A stretch of 64,000 nucleotides of DNA from Kiritimatiellia bacterium (GCA_040767085.1 JAXGPF010000003.1:1-64000); one strand, 5' to 3'. Shown: positions 13,262-24,244, counted from the first letter of the stretch. Numbers and translations are program-made. The notes: generated by a model not told the origin, from the letters alone.

Positions 13262-13310
13262 CCATGGTTTACAGTTGATAAACCGGCGGGATTGCGATAG
13301 TTTTTAGGGC

Positions 13311-15881
13311 ATGCCGCCATTGCATCCAATCACACCCGCCGGCCGTGGCCGGGACGCCGGACCGCGCCTCGGCCTGGCGTTGCTGCTGGCCGGCTGGATG
13401 GCCGGCACGGTCTGCGGGACCAACGCGCCATCCGTCACGGGGACGGAGGACACGTCCGGGAACCTTTTGCGTAATGCCCAGGCGGCGCTGGCCGACGAGT
13501 TATATCCCCTGGCGGAAAGCCGCGCCCGGCAATACCTCGCCCTGCCGGACTTGCCCCCAGAAAAACAGCTTGCCGCGGCGATCGTCCTGGCCCGCGCCCG
13601 GCATGGTTTGCAGGACTACGCCGCCGCGCGCGAACTGCTGCGGCCATGGCGGGACCGCGCCCGGAAACTGGCGCAGGCGGACGAGTTGGATTTCTGGCTG
13701 GCGACCGCCGAATTCGAGCTCGGCAACTGGCAATCCAGCCTGGAATTAATTGCGGATTTCGGCGCGCAGCATCCCGGCTCGACTTACCTGCCGTTTGTCC
13801 TGCGCTTGCGCGCATGGTTGTGCCTCAAGTCAGGCCGGCAGCGCGACGCGCTTGAGGCCTTTGCCGAGTTCACCAAGCTCTACGGCGATTTGCCCGAAGA
13901 CGCCGCCAATCGACTGGACTGGGGACGGGCGCTGGTGGAGGCCGGCGAAACCGGCAAGGCCCGGGAAATTCTCGCGGAACTGGTGAAGCGCCACCCGGCC
14001 GAGCGCGCGGGACAGCAAGGGCGGATCCTGCTGGCGCGCCTGTTGCTGTCCGGCCGCCAGCCGGCGGCGGCGCGGGAAGCTTTGCAGCCGCTGCTCCAGC
14101 CGCGGAATATTCCCGATGAAATCCGCGGGCTGGCCCTGCTGGAACTGGCCGCCGTGGCGGAAGCGGAAACCAACCAGGTCGAGGCCATCAACCTGATTGA
14201 CCAATGTTTAACCCGGGTATCCGACCCGCAGTTGAAAAATGAAGCCGGCCTCCGCAAAGGCGAACTGCTGCTGCGCCTGGGGAAAACCGACGAGGGCACG
14301 GCGTTGATACGCGGTTTCGTCGCCGCGGCGCCGGCCGAGACCGCCGCCGCCGTGCAGTTGAACCTGGGGCAAACCCTGCAACGGCTCGGCTTGCCGGAGA
14401 AAGCCCTGGCAGAATTCCAGAATTACATCGAAACTTTTACCGATCCCGGGGGGCTGGCCCAGGCATGGCAGGCGCGCGGCGCGCTGCTGGCGCAATTGAA
14501 CCGGCAACTGGAAGCCGCCGGCGCGTTTGAAAAAGCCGCCGAACTGGAAGCGGGCAATCCCGCCCGTGCGCGGCTGCTGAGTCAGGCAGGCGATGCCCTG
14601 CTGGCGGCGGGGCAATTCCAGGCGGCCGGCTCCATTTACCAGCGCGTGATTGAGCTGGCGCCGGCCACGGAACTGGCCGACCAGGCCTTGTTTCAGACCG
14701 CGCTCTGCCTGCAAAAGCAAAATCTTGCGGCAGAGGCGCTGGAGGCATTGTGGATCCTGGCCGATGCCGGCGCGGATGAACTGCTGACCGCCCGGGCTTT
14801 TCTGCAGATTGGCGCCATCCTGCAGGAGCAGGGGAATTTAAACCAGGCCCGTGCGCTTTACCAACTGGCGGCGGGCCATGGTCCGGCCCCGGCCCGCGCC
14901 GCCGCCCTGTATCAACTGGGGCTGCTGGACTACCGTCTGGGCCGTTTCCAACCGGCCTTGCTGAATTTCAAACGCATCCTCGACGAGTTCCCGCGGAGCG
15001 AGGCGGGCGAGATGTCAGCCTACATGCAGGGTTGGTGCCATTACATGCTGCGCGAGGATGCCCGGGCCGTCGCGAGTTTCCAGCAATTCCTGCAGACCTA
15101 TCCCAACGCCCCGCGCGCGCCGGACGCCCAGTTCTGGCTGGCTGAAAACCATTTCAACCGCGGCGCTTATTATCTCGCGGAAAACGATTTTCTGGGGTTG
15201 ACCCGCGCCTACCCGGACGCGCCCCTGGCGGACGACGCCCTCTTCTGGGCCGGCCGCGCCGCGCTGATGCAACAGGAATTCCGGCGCGCGAATGAACACT
15301 TTGCGCTGCTGATCCGCCGCTATCCCGACACCAACAAGCAGGCGGAAGCCCGGTTTTACCAGGGTGAAGCCCTGTGCGAACTCGGCGAATTCGCCGGCGC
15401 CATCCTGATTTTCGATGAAATCATCAAGCAGGCGCCTGACAGCTACCTGGCGGAGCGCGCCTGGTTCCGCAAGGGCGACAGCCAATTCACCCTGGGCTCC
15501 GAGGATCCCCAACGTTACGAGGAGGCCATTGCCTCTTACCGCATGATCCTGAACCGGGCGGACGCCGCGCCGGCCGCCCGGATGCAGGCCGAGTATAAAA
15601 TCGGCCGCTGCCTGGAGAAAACCGGGCAAACCGGCGCCGCCTTCGAAAACTACATGAACGTCGTTTACAACTTCTTCAACCACCCGCAAAGCCGGGCCAA
15701 AAACTCGGTCTGGTTTACCCGCGCCGCATTCAACGCCGCCGCCATGATGGAGGAAGAAAAAGCCTGGCGCAAGGCCGTGGCGATTTACCAGCGCGTGGTG
15801 GACGCCAAGGTGGCCGCCAGCCACGACGCCGCCGAACGCATCCGGAAAATCCGGCTGGATCAATGGATGTTTTTTTATTAG
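13311..15881 (+). CDS. large exported tetratricopeptide-repeat protein (CpoB/BamD-like repeats)
   Basis: N-terminal hydrophobic segment, then many TPRs (YP.S..A.DA.FW.A). Confidence 0.85.
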   Translation: MPPLHPITPAGRGRDAGPRLGLALLLAGWMAGTVCGTNAPSVTGTEDTSGNLLRNAQAALADELYPLAESRARQYLALPDLPPEKQLAAAIVLARARHGLQDYAAARELLRPWRDRARKLAQADELDFWLATAEFELGNWQSSLELIADFGAQHPGSTYLPFVLRLRAWLCLKSGRQRDALEAFAEFTKLYGDLPEDAANRLDWGRALVEAGETGKAREILAELVKRHPAERAGQQGRILLARLLLSGRQPAAAREALQPLLQPRNIPDEIRGLALLELAAVAEAETNQVEAINLIDQCLTRVSDPQLKNEAGLRKGELLLRLGKTDEGTALIRGFVAAAPAETAAAVQLNLGQTLQRLGLPEKALAEFQNYIETFTDPGGLAQAWQARGALLAQLNRQLEAAGAFEKAAELEAGNPARARLLSQAGDALLAAGQFQAAGSIYQRVIELAPATELADQALFQTALCLQKQNLAAEALEALWILADAGADELLTARAFLQIGAILQEQGNLNQARALYQLAAGHGPAPARAAALYQLGLLDYRLGRFQPALLNFKRILDEFPRSEAGEMSAYMQGWCHYMLREDARAVASFQQFLQTYPNAPRAPDAQFWLAENHFNRGAYYLAENDFLGLTRAYPDAPLADDALFWAGRAALMQQEFRRANEHFALLIRRYPDTNKQAEARFYQGEALCELGEFAGAILIFDEIIKQAPDSYLAERAWFRKGDSQFTLGSEDPQRYEEAIASYRMILNRADAAPAARMQAEYKIGRCLEKTGQTGAAFENYMNVVYNFFNHPQSRAKNSVWFTRAAFNAAAMMEEEKAWRKAVAIYQRVVDAKVAASHDAAERIRKIRLDQWMFFY

Positions 15882-15895
15882 TCTGAGGGAGATTT

Positions 15896-16513
15896 ATGCT
15901 GACTTTCATCATGCTGGGCGGGCCGCTGATGTGGCTGATCCTGCTGTTCGGGACGGCGGCCCTGGTTGTATTTCTCGAGCGCCTCTTCCACCTGCACCGG
16001 GCGCGCATCAAAGCCGCTGACTTCCTCAAGGGGATTGCCAACATCCTCCACCGGCATAACATCGCCGAAGCCCTCAGCATTTGCGAGGAAACACCCGGCC
16101 CGGTGCCGGCCATCACGCGCGCCGCCATCCAGCAGCACCGCGCCGGACCGGAGGCCGTCCGCCAGGCGATTGACCAGACGGCGCTCATGGAAATTGGACG
16201 CATGGAGCGCCGGACCGTCATGCTGGCGATCACCGCCCAGGCCGCTCCGCTCCTGGGTTTGCTGGGAACAGTGCTGGGCCTGATCCAGATGCTGGTGATC
16301 GTCCAGCAGAAAGCGCCCCTGATCCAGGCCGCCGATCTGGCGGGCGGCATGTGGCAAGCCCTGCTGACTTCCGCCGCCGGCCTGATCGTCGCCATCGCCG
16401 CCATGCTGGGCTACAGCTTGATCATGGCGAAAATTGACATCCTGGCGCTGGACATGGAGCAATCCGCCGGCGACATCCTGGCGCTGGTGGCCCCCTTAAA
16501 AGACACACCATGA
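15896..16513 (+). CDS. MotA/TolQ/ExbB proton channel protein
   Basis: GGPLMW, APLLGLLGTVLGLI, LAGGMWQALLTSAAGLIVAI. Confidence 0.92.
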   Translation: MLTFIMLGGPLMWLILLFGTAALVVFLERLFHLHRARIKAADFLKGIANILHRHNIAEALSICEETPGPVPAITRAAIQQHRAGPEAVRQAIDQTALMEIGRMERRTVMLAITAQAAPLLGLLGTVLGLIQMLVIVQQKAPLIQAADLAGGMWQALLTSAAGLIVAIAAMLGYSLIMAKIDILALDMEQSAGDILALVAPLKDTP

Positions 16514-16989
16514 AAGACCGCGACCGGAATCAATCCGCGCCCGAACCCACGCGCCAGCGCTGGCGCCGGTACCGTCCGCAGCGGCGCCTGACCGTCGGCC
16601 CGCTGGGCCTGGTGGTGCCGATCGTGAATGTCGCCCTGCTGGCGGCAATGTTTTTGCTCGTGAAATCGAAACTGGTGTTGCGCCCGGGCATCATGCTGCA
16701 ACTGCCTCAATCCGAATTCGTCGCCGGCACGCATTACGACACGATGGTGTTGGTTATGACCCAGGAGGGGTTGATTTTCTTCAATGACAACCGCATTCCC
16801 CTGGAAGAACTGGCCTTCGCCCTCAACCATGCCGCGCACCGCAACCGCCAGGCGGGTTTGTCCATCGAGGCGGATCTGCGTGTGCAGTACGGCATGGTCA
16901 TCCGGATCATCAACATGGCTTTGGCCGCCGGCATCAGCCAAATCAACCTGGCCATCCGTCCGGCGTTCGGCGAGGAATTGCTGCCATGA
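16510..16989 (+). CDS. ExbD/TolR family protein
   Basis: Single TM segment, PGI.LQLP, IEAD..VQYG.V..II. ATGA-coupled to the ExbB-like gene. Confidence 0.85.
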   Translation: MKDRDRNQSAPEPTRQRWRRYRPQRRLTVGPLGLVVPIVNVALLAAMFLLVKSKLVLRPGIMLQLPQSEFVAGTHYDTMVLVMTQEGLIFFNDNRIPLEELAFALNHAAHRNRQAGLSIEADLRVQYGMVIRIINMALAAGISQINLAIRPAFGEELLP

Positions 16990-17798
16990 TTCCCGATCAC
17001 CTATATGCCCGGCGCCTGGGAGCGGCGCTGCTGGCGGCGCTGGCGGCGCTGGCGGCCGCCTTCTGGTTCTGGCCGGACTGGCAGCCGCCCGCGCCGCTGC
17101 CGCGGCTGGCCGCCCCGCAGGTGTATTTCCGGCCTTACGGCGCCCATACTTCCGCCGCGTATGCCGCCATCTGGTCGCCCGCCGCCATTGCCCTGCCGGG
17201 CGCGCCCCCGCAATTAGCGTCGAACATCAGCGAGCACCTGATTGCTCCGCCGCTGGACGCCGCCGCACTGCTGCCGCCGCCGGCCGACCCGGATAGTGGC
17301 GCCGGCCAGGGCTCTGGCGCCGGCCAGGATTCTGGCGCCGGCCAGGATTCTGGCGCCGGCCAGGGCTCTGGCGCCGGCGTCTTGAACACGGCCGAGCAAC
17401 GCCGATGGACATTGTTCCAGCATTATCTCGGCCGGAATGTTTTCCGCAACCGGACCATCAACACGCCGGAGCCAGCGCGGCTGGCCGTTCCGCCGGCCGC
17501 CGGCGCCCTGCCCTTCGAGATCAGCCTCAGCATCTCCGATGCGGTTCTGGAACTGGATTATACGCAAGTGGACACATCCGCCCTGCCGCTGCCGGAAGCG
17601 CCATGTTCCGCCGTGCTTTTCCTGGATTTTGACGATGCCGGCCGGCCGGACCGCGTGCTGCTGGAGGCATCCACCGGCCAGCCGGACTTGGACGCGGAAC
17701 TGGTCCGCCAGGCCCGGCGTATTGTCGCGCGCCGCGCGGACAGCAGCCGGCCGCCGGGCAGCGCCTGCCGCCTGCATATTCTCTTTCGCGGCGCATGA
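16986..17798 (+). CDS. putative TonB/TolA-like membrane-anchored protein
   Basis: N-terminal TM, Pro-rich linker, C-terminal FDDAGRPDRVLLEASTGQPDLD resembling a TonB C-terminal domain; operon context. Confidence 0.55.
   Translation: MIPDHLYARRLGAALLAALAALAAAFWFWPDWQPPAPLPRLAAPQVYFRPYGAHTSAAYAAIWSPAAIALPGAPPQLASNISEHLIAPPLDAAALLPPPADPDSGAGQGSGAGQDSGAGQDSGAGQGSGAGVLNTAEQRRWTLFQHYLGRNVFRNRTINTPEPARLAVPPAAGALPFEISLSISDAVLELDYTQVDTSALPLPEAPCSAVLFLDFDDAGRPDRVLLEASTGQPDLDAELVRQARRIVARRADSSRPPGSACRLHILFRGA
17298..17378 (+). repeat. 18-bp tandem repeat, 4.5 copies, encoding GAGQ(G/D)S
   Basis: GGCGCCGGCCAGG(GC/AT)TCT units read directly from the sequence. Confidence 0.95.
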
Positions 17799-17992
17799 AG
17801 TTCGCCCGACAACCCGTATGGCGCACGCCATATCGCCCGCGCAGCGCGCCGGGCGGCAGATTTTACGGTTGACATCCGCGGCCGCCGAAAATATCCTCAC
17901 TGATGCAGCACCCAGCAAGGCGGTTTTATTAATGCGGCCGCCGCTCCGGCGGCCGCATTCCGGCGCTGAACCGGATTTGACAGGATTGCGCC

Positions 17993-20418
17993 ATGGGCCA
18001 TGCAAGTCTGACAACCGCCGCGAACGGCGGCCGCACGGCTGTCCATTCAGCCGGGCTGCGGCGCTGCTGGGTCTGGCTCTGGTTGCTGGTTTGGCCGGCG
18101 GCCGCCGGGGGCGAACCCATCCGCGCCGCCAGCGACCATTATTACCCGCCCTACGAGTTCCTGGATGAAGCCGGCCGGCCCACGGGTTTCAACGTGGAGT
18201 TGTTCCGCGGGATTTGCGAAGTCGCCGGCCTCCAGCCTGAAATCCGTCTCGATACCTGGCGCGTCTCGCTGCAGCGGTTGGAAAACGGCGAGGCCGACGT
18301 GATGATCGGCATGTATTACTCGCCGGAACGCAGCCGCCAGTTCAGTTTCTCCGCCCCATTCATCAGTGTGTCCCATGCCATCTTCGTCCGCCGCGGCTCT
18401 TCCATCAAGGGCATGGCCGACCTCAAAGGGCGGACCGTGATCGTGCAGCAGGGCGACATCATGCACGATCTCCTGCTGGGGCAGCGTTTATCGCTGGATA
18501 TCGTGCCGGTGAACGATCCGATTGACGCACTGCGCCTGCTGGCCGGCGGACAGCATGACTGCGCACTGCTGGCCGAACTGCCGGCGCGGCACCTGATCCG
18601 CGAGCACGGGTTATCCGGACTGCGCACCGCCGGCCCGGCCATTCATCGGACCGATTACTGTTGCGCGGGACGAAAGGGCAGCGAAGCGCTGCTGGCCAGG
18701 CTGGACGAAGGCTTAAGGGTGCTGCGCGCCACCGGGCGTTACGACCAGATCCATGACCGCTGGCTCGGCGCCTATGCCCGCCAGAATACCGCCGCCCGCG
18801 CGGTGCGCTGGCTGCTGTGGATGCTCGCGCCGGCGGTCTTGCTGCTGGCGGTCATTTTCGCCTGGGCGCATGCCATCCGCCGCCGCATTGCGGCAGCCAC
18901 CGCCAGCCTGCGCGTGGAACTGACGCAGCGCCAGGCCGTCGAACTGGCCTTGCAGCGCCGCGAAGAAGATTTACGGATCACGCTGGACTCCATCGGGGAT
19001 GCGGTGATTGCCACCGATGCCGAAGGGCGGGTGACACGGATGAATCCGGCGGCCCAGCGCCTGACCGGCTGGCCGCTGACTGCCGCGGAAGGGCGGCCGC
19101 TGGAGGAAATTTTCCGGATCGTCAACGCCCAGACTCGCGCGCCGATGTCCAGTCCCGCCAGCCAGGCGCTCAAAGACGGCCGCATCGTCCGCCTGGGCAA
19201 CAACACCACTCTGATCCACCGCAACGGCACGGAATCCCAGGTTGCCGACAGCGCCGCCCCGATCCAGGACGCCAGCGGGGATATCGTCGGCGCCGTGCTG
19301 GTGTTCCGCGACATTACCGCCCAGTACCGCCTCACGCGGGAACTCCAGGAAAGCGAGCGGTTATTCCGGGAATTGTTCAACAACTCCATTTCCGGGCTGG
19401 CCATTCATGAAATCGTGCTGGACCAGCAGGGTCAGCCCGTGGATTACATTTTTCTCAAATGCAACGCCGCTTTTCAAAACCACACGGGGCTACAGTTGCA
19501 AGATGTGCTGGGGAAGCGCGCCACGCAGGTTTATCCCGGCCTTGAAAAAACGCATCTCATCGCCACGTACGGCAAAGTGGCGCTCACGGGGGAGCCGGCG
19601 TCCTTCGAGATATATGTCGCGCCGGCCCGCCGTCATTTCCAGGTGGCCGCCTGCCAGGTCGGTCCCCGGCGGTTTGCCGCGATTTTCTCGGATATCACCG
19701 TCCAGAAGCAACAGGAAATCGCCATGCGCGAAAACGCCCGGCAACTGGAGGAATTGCTGACGGAAAAGGAGGTGCTCATACGCGAAGTGTATCATCGGGT
19801 GAAAAACAACCTGGCGGTCATTCTCAGCCTGATCAATCTCCAGCAACACGCGCCGGGCCGGGACGCCGGCAGCGATGGGCTGACGGAACTGTCGGGCCGC
19901 ATCCGCTCCATGGCCATCCTGCATGAACTGCTGTACAAATCGGCCAACCTGAGCCATATTAATTTAAAGGATTACCTGCAAACCCTGGCGGATTCGCTGC
20001 AAACATCGCTGTCCAGCCGCGCTGGCGCGCGGCGGCCGGTGCAGGTTCAGGTTCACGCGGCGGACATGGCGGTAAGCATGGATGTCGCGGTGCCGTGCGG
20101 CCTGATTGTCAACGAACTCGTCACCAACGCTTTCAAGCACGCCTTCCCGGAACAGGCCAGCCTCCGGATGTGCCGCCGCCCGCCATCACGGTGCAAGCAG
20201 AACAGCGCGGCGGAGAATGCGTGTTGACCGTCGCGGACAACGGCCGGGGCTTGCCTGCCGGCATGGACTGGAAAACCGCGCCTTCCCTGGGCTTGCGCCT
20301 GGTGCAAATGCTGGCCCAGAAACAACTCCAAGGCGTTCTGGAAGTGGACAACTCCAACGGCTTGGCCTACCATATCCGGTTTAACCTGAATCCGGCAGTT
20401 GAAATTCAAAAATCATAA
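17993..20418 (+). pseudogene. membrane sensor histidine kinase (periplasmic SBP_bac_3 + 2 PAS + HisKA_2 + HATPase) with an apparent frameshift near 20150
   Basis: ORF 17993-20227 has YPPYEF, LDSIGDAVIATD, EVYHRVKNNL and NELVTNAFKHAFP. The G-boxes (ADNGRGLP, SLGLRLV) lie in overlapping ORF 20095-20418. Confidence 0.85.
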
Positions 20419-20621
20419 GCAATTAAAAATATCGAAGATCGGATTCATATAGCAAACACCTTTTGGGTATAAGAAAATTTTTGAATTTCAAACCGGAAAA
20501 TGGTTGGCGATTTTGCCGCATCTGCTTTGTTGGCAAGGGTTCGGAGTATAATAATACACCGTCACCCTTGCCGCCGCGCATCCGCGGCAAACTTGCCAAC
20601 TGCCGGATTTAGGTTTCAAAT

Positions 20622-21248
20622 CTAAAACTCGCGCAAACTTGCCGCCAGACGGCGTCCCAATTCATCCACCGCCGCGCTGATGGCTTGCACATAGCCGGCG
20701 TATCCCGCGCCGGCCGCCGCCTGGCGGATTTCCACCGCGCGCCGCAGTGCCGCCCGCGCCGCGGTCCCCGGCGCTGGCGCATCCATGAGCGTCCAGCGCG
20801 CCGACAGGACGACTTCTCCGCCCAGCACGCCATCCAAACCGTCTATTTCAACCTGCACCCGGCGGATGCCGGCGGCGGCCGGGCCGGCCGGCGGCAAGGC
20901 GGCGACCGCCGCCCCGGGCAATTCCCGCGCCAGCACAGCCGTCAACCGATCAGCCACCGCGCCTTCCAGCGGCATGCCCCACCGGTGAAAGTCGCTGGTT
21001 TTGATTTCCCAGGGCGAGGGCCGGGTGACGATTTGGGGCCGGTCCAGATAAGCCGGCATGCGGATGGGCAAGAGATAAACCACCTGTTCCGGAACGGGCA
21101 AGCTCTCCGCCGGGCCGGCTTCTGCCGGCGCGGCGCCGGCCAGCAGGTAATACTGCGGTTCGCGGCTGGTGGCGCAGCCCGCCAGCCAAAGACATCCGGC
21201 CGCCGCCGTGGCGGCCGTCAAATACCGGCCGATATGGGCAACATACAT
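20622..21248 (-). CDS. PqiC-family ABC auxiliary lipoprotein
   Basis: Lipobox LAGC, YYLL, PAYLDRPQIVTR, HRWGMPL. Confidence 0.9.
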   Translation of the reverse strand: MYVAHIGRYLTAATAAAGCLWLAGCATSREPQYYLLAGAAPAEAGPAESLPVPEQVVYLLPIRMPAYLDRPQIVTRPSPWEIKTSDFHRWGMPLEGAVADRLTAVLARELPGAAVAALPPAGPAAAGIRRVQVEIDGLDGVLGGEVVLSARWTLMDAPAPGTAARAALRRAVEIRQAAAGAGYAGYVQAISAAVDELGRRLAASLREF

Positions 21249-21278
21249 GCGATCCTCCTTTCAAAAGTGTTCGGTGAG

Positions 21279-22229
21279 TCAAGGCTTGCCGCGCAGCAAG
21301 GATTCCGGGTGCCGTTCCAGGTAATCGGCCAGCCAGCGCACGGAGCGGCTGGTCTCCGACAATTCCCGGGCCAGGCGCTGGATTTCGCCGCGGAGCGGCG
21401 ATTGATCGTCCAGCAGGCGGCTGGCATTTTCAGCCGACGCCTGCAGCGAAGTCAGCAGCGGCCCCATCTGCCTGTCCAGTTTGCCCAGCATCTCCTGCAG
21501 TTCGCGCAGCGAAGCGCCGGCCGCATCCATTGCCGCGCCGGACTTCTGAAACAGCGGCTCGATTTCATCATCCAGCCGGCCGAGCACGGATTGCAGCTTG
21601 TCCATCGTTTCGTTCAGATTGCGCAAAGTCCGGCGGGTTTCCGCCGAATCCACGATTTCGGCCAGGCCTTTGATGATCTTGTGCGTTTCGGAAACGATGT
21701 CCGACAGCGGCATTTGCGCCACTTCGTCGCTGAGGCGCTGCAGCGGCGAAGGGATGGTAGGCATCTCCCAGATTTCGGGCTGCAAGCCCTTGCGCTGCAC
21801 CTGCGTCTCCGGGTAAAATCCCAGTTCGATTTTCAATTTGCCGGTTAGAATGCTCTGCATGGCCAGTTGCGCGCGCATGCCGGAATCCCGCACCAGCATT
21901 TCCATCATTTCTTCCGCGTCAAGCCCCCGGCGGCTGGTAGAGTTGATGCGGCTCTGCTCGATGCGCATGATGACCGGGCGGCAGACCTTGCACTGGCGGG
22001 CCAGGTCAAACACCAGTTGCACTTCCTTGACGGTGCCGATGCGCACGCCCTGGAAAGACACCGGCGCGCCCGCTTCCAGGCCGTCAATGGTTTCGTCAAA
22101 ATACATCACGCAGTCGAAGGTCTTCTCGAAAAACCGGCCGCCGCCGAACAGCAGCAGGCCCAGCACCGATAGCGCCGCCGCCCCCAGCACGAAGGCGCCG
22201 ATGACGGCCGGATTGGTTTTTTTACTCAT
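21279..22229 (-). CDS. MlaD/MCE family protein
   Basis: Likely start MSKKTNPAVIGAFVLGA. Motifs GLEAGAPVSFQGVRIGTV, QSILTG and C-terminal LERHPESLLRGK. Confidence 0.92.
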   Translation of the reverse strand: MSKKTNPAVIGAFVLGAAALSVLGLLLFGGGRFFEKTFDCVMYFDETIDGLEAGAPVSFQGVRIGTVKEVQLVFDLARQCKVCRPVIMRIEQSRINSTSRRGLDAEEMMEMLVRDSGMRAQLAMQSILTGKLKIELGFYPETQVQRKGLQPEIWEMPTIPSPLQRLSDEVAQMPLSDIVSETHKIIKGLAEIVDSAETRRTLRNLNETMDKLQSVLGRLDDEIEPLFQKSGAAMDAAGASLRELQEMLGKLDRQMGPLLTSLQASAENASRLLDDQSPLRGEIQRLARELSETSRSVRWLADYLERHPESLLRGKP

Positions 22230-22257
22230 CTTCTGTGCTCCTTGGCATGCTTCCAGC

Positions 22258-23016
22258 TCAAGCCGGCGCGCCGCGGCGCAGAAATTTCTGCACCTTGGGG
22301 TCCGGACATTTTTCCAGCATGGCGCGGGGCGCGCCCCGGGCAATGATCGTCCGCGTCTCCGCGTCCAGGAATACGCCGTCGCCGCCGATGGCGAATATAC
22401 TGGCAAGTTCGTGCGTCACCACCACGAAAGTCGCCCCCAGGGTCGCGCGCAATTCCAGGATCAAGTCGTCCAGCAGGCGCGCGCTGACCGGATCGAGGCC
22501 GGCCGAAGGCTCGTCGCAAAACAGGATTTCAGGGTCCAGGGCCATGGCCCGCGCCAGGCCGGCCCGCTTGCGCATCCCGCCGCTGATTTCCGACGGGTAA
22601 TAATCTTCGAACCCGGCCAATCCCACCAGCGCCAGTTTGAAGGCGGCCAACTCGCGCATCTGCGGCGGCGTCAGCCGGGTATAAGCTTCCAGCGGCACGG
22701 CAATGTTTTCGGCCAGGGTCATGGAACTCCACAACGCTCCGCCCTGGTAGAGAATGCCGATCCGGCGCAGGATGGCGGCGCGGCGCTCCTCATCGGCATC
22801 CCAGAAGCTGGCGCCGCCATACACAATCCGGCCGGCGGCCGGCCGGTGCAGCCCCACCATGTGGCGCAACAGGGTGCTTTTGCCGCAGCCGCTGCCGCCC
22901 ATGACGATGAACACCTCGCCCCGCTTGACCGTAAAATTCAAGTCGCGCTGGATGACCGCGTCGCCGTAGGCCAGCGTTAATCCCTGCACCGTGATATGCG
23001 TGTCCGCGCCATTCAT
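22258..23016 (-). CDS. MlaF-like ABC transporter ATP-binding protein
   Basis: GGSGCGKS, ISGGMRKRAGLARA, DEPSAGLDP. Confidence 0.95.
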   Translation of the reverse strand: MNGADTHITVQGLTLAYGDAVIQRDLNFTVKRGEVFIVMGGSGCGKSTLLRHMVGLHRPAAGRIVYGGASFWDADEERRAAILRRIGILYQGGALWSSMTLAENIAVPLEAYTRLTPPQMRELAAFKLALVGLAGFEDYYPSEISGGMRKRAGLARAMALDPEILFCDEPSAGLDPVSARLLDDLILELRATLGATFVVVTHELASIFAIGGDGVFLDAETRTIIARGAPRAMLEKCPDPKVQKFLRRGAPA

Positions 23017-23017
23017 G

Positions 23018-24160
23018 TCAGAATCCCGTCAGGGTATAAACCACCGAAATCAGCGAGTCCGCCACGATGATGTAAACGATGGCATTAACCACCGCCGCCG
23101 TTGTGGCCGCGCCGACGGCCGAGGCGCTGCGCCCGCAAAACATGCCCTGCATGCATCCGGACAACGCGATCAGGACGCCGTAAATCGAACTCTTGATCAG
23201 GCCCGCAAACACTGCCTGCACGCTCACCGCATTGACCGTCTGGGTGTAATACTGCGCGAAAGTCAAGTCAAACAGCAGCACTCCCGCCAGGGCCCCGCCG
23301 AGCATGCCCAGGAAATTCGCGTAAGTCGCCAGCAACGGCATCATCAGGATCAGCGCCAACTGGCGCGGCAGCACCAGGAATTCCATCGGATCGAATCCCA
23401 TGGTGCGGAGCGCGTCAATTTCCTCGTTGACCTGCATCGTGCCCAGGCGCGCGGCGAAGGACGCCCCGGTGCGGCCGGCCATGATGATGCCGGTCATCAA
23501 CGACCCCATTTCCCGCGCCATGCCGATGCCCACCAGGTCGGCGATATAAATCTCGGCGCCGAACAGTTTCAGCTGCATCGCCCCCATGAAAGCCAGGATC
23601 GTGCCGACCAGCAAGCTGATGACGGTGATGATCGGCAGCGCGCCCGGCCCGCAATCCTGCACAACCTCCCAGAAATCCCGGCGCCGCCACCGGACCCGCC
23701 CCCGCATCAGCCGGCCGAACGCCAGGACGGACTCTCCCAGGAACGCGAGGGCGTCCAGCACGCCGGCCCACCAGCGGGCCGCCGCGGCGCCGACGCGCGC
23801 CAGCCAGGCGCCGCGCGGCGCAGCCGGCGCGGCGGCAGCGCGCTCGGGCACAGTATCCGCCAGGCGCAGCAGTTCGGCGGCGCCCTGGGGCAGGTTCCGG
23901 CATTCCACCGGCAGGCCGGCCGTCCGGGCCAGCGCCATCACGGCCCGGATCAACACCAGCAGCACACTGTCCCACCGGTTGATCGCGGCGCCATCCAGAA
24001 CCACCCGCTCCACGCCGCCGTCCGCCAATGCCTGCCGCAGGGTTTCAAGCGAGGGCGCCCCGGACGCGCCCAACCAGGCGCCGGCCAACCGCACCGCCAG
24101 CGTCCCTTCCGGCGTCCGCCGGCAGGCCAGCATTTCCGGATTGGCTCCAGGTTCAGGCAT
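23018..24160 (-). CDS. MlaE-family permease with N-terminal STAS-like domain
   Basis: REMGSLMTGIIMAGRTGASFAARLGTMQVNEEIDAL, VGAATTAAVV. Confidence 0.95.
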   Translation of the reverse strand: MPEPGANPEMLACRRTPEGTLAVRLAGAWLGASGAPSLETLRQALADGGVERVVLDGAAINRWDSVLLVLIRAVMALARTAGLPVECRNLPQGAAELLRLADTVPERAAAAPAAPRGAWLARVGAAAARWWAGVLDALAFLGESVLAFGRLMRGRVRWRRRDFWEVVQDCGPGALPIITVISLLVGTILAFMGAMQLKLFGAEIYIADLVGIGMAREMGSLMTGIIMAGRTGASFAARLGTMQVNEEIDALRTMGFDPMEFLVLPRQLALILMMPLLATYANFLGMLGGALAGVLLFDLTFAQYYTQTVNAVSVQAVFAGLIKSSIYGVLIALSGCMQGMFCGRSASAVGAATTAAVVNAIVYIIVADSLISVVYTLTGF

Positions 24161-24244
24161 ACGTCTTAATCCAATCTAGCCATCTGTTGAATGCAATCAG
24201 CTCATCATGTCATTTTTGCCGGTCCGGCGCAAAAATATTTTATT

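Noticed and set aside
20420-20620. ncRNA in the AT-rich gap between convergent genes
   Set aside because: Only short GGCAAGGG/CCCTTGCC-type stems, compatible with a terminator; no recognisable RNA family.
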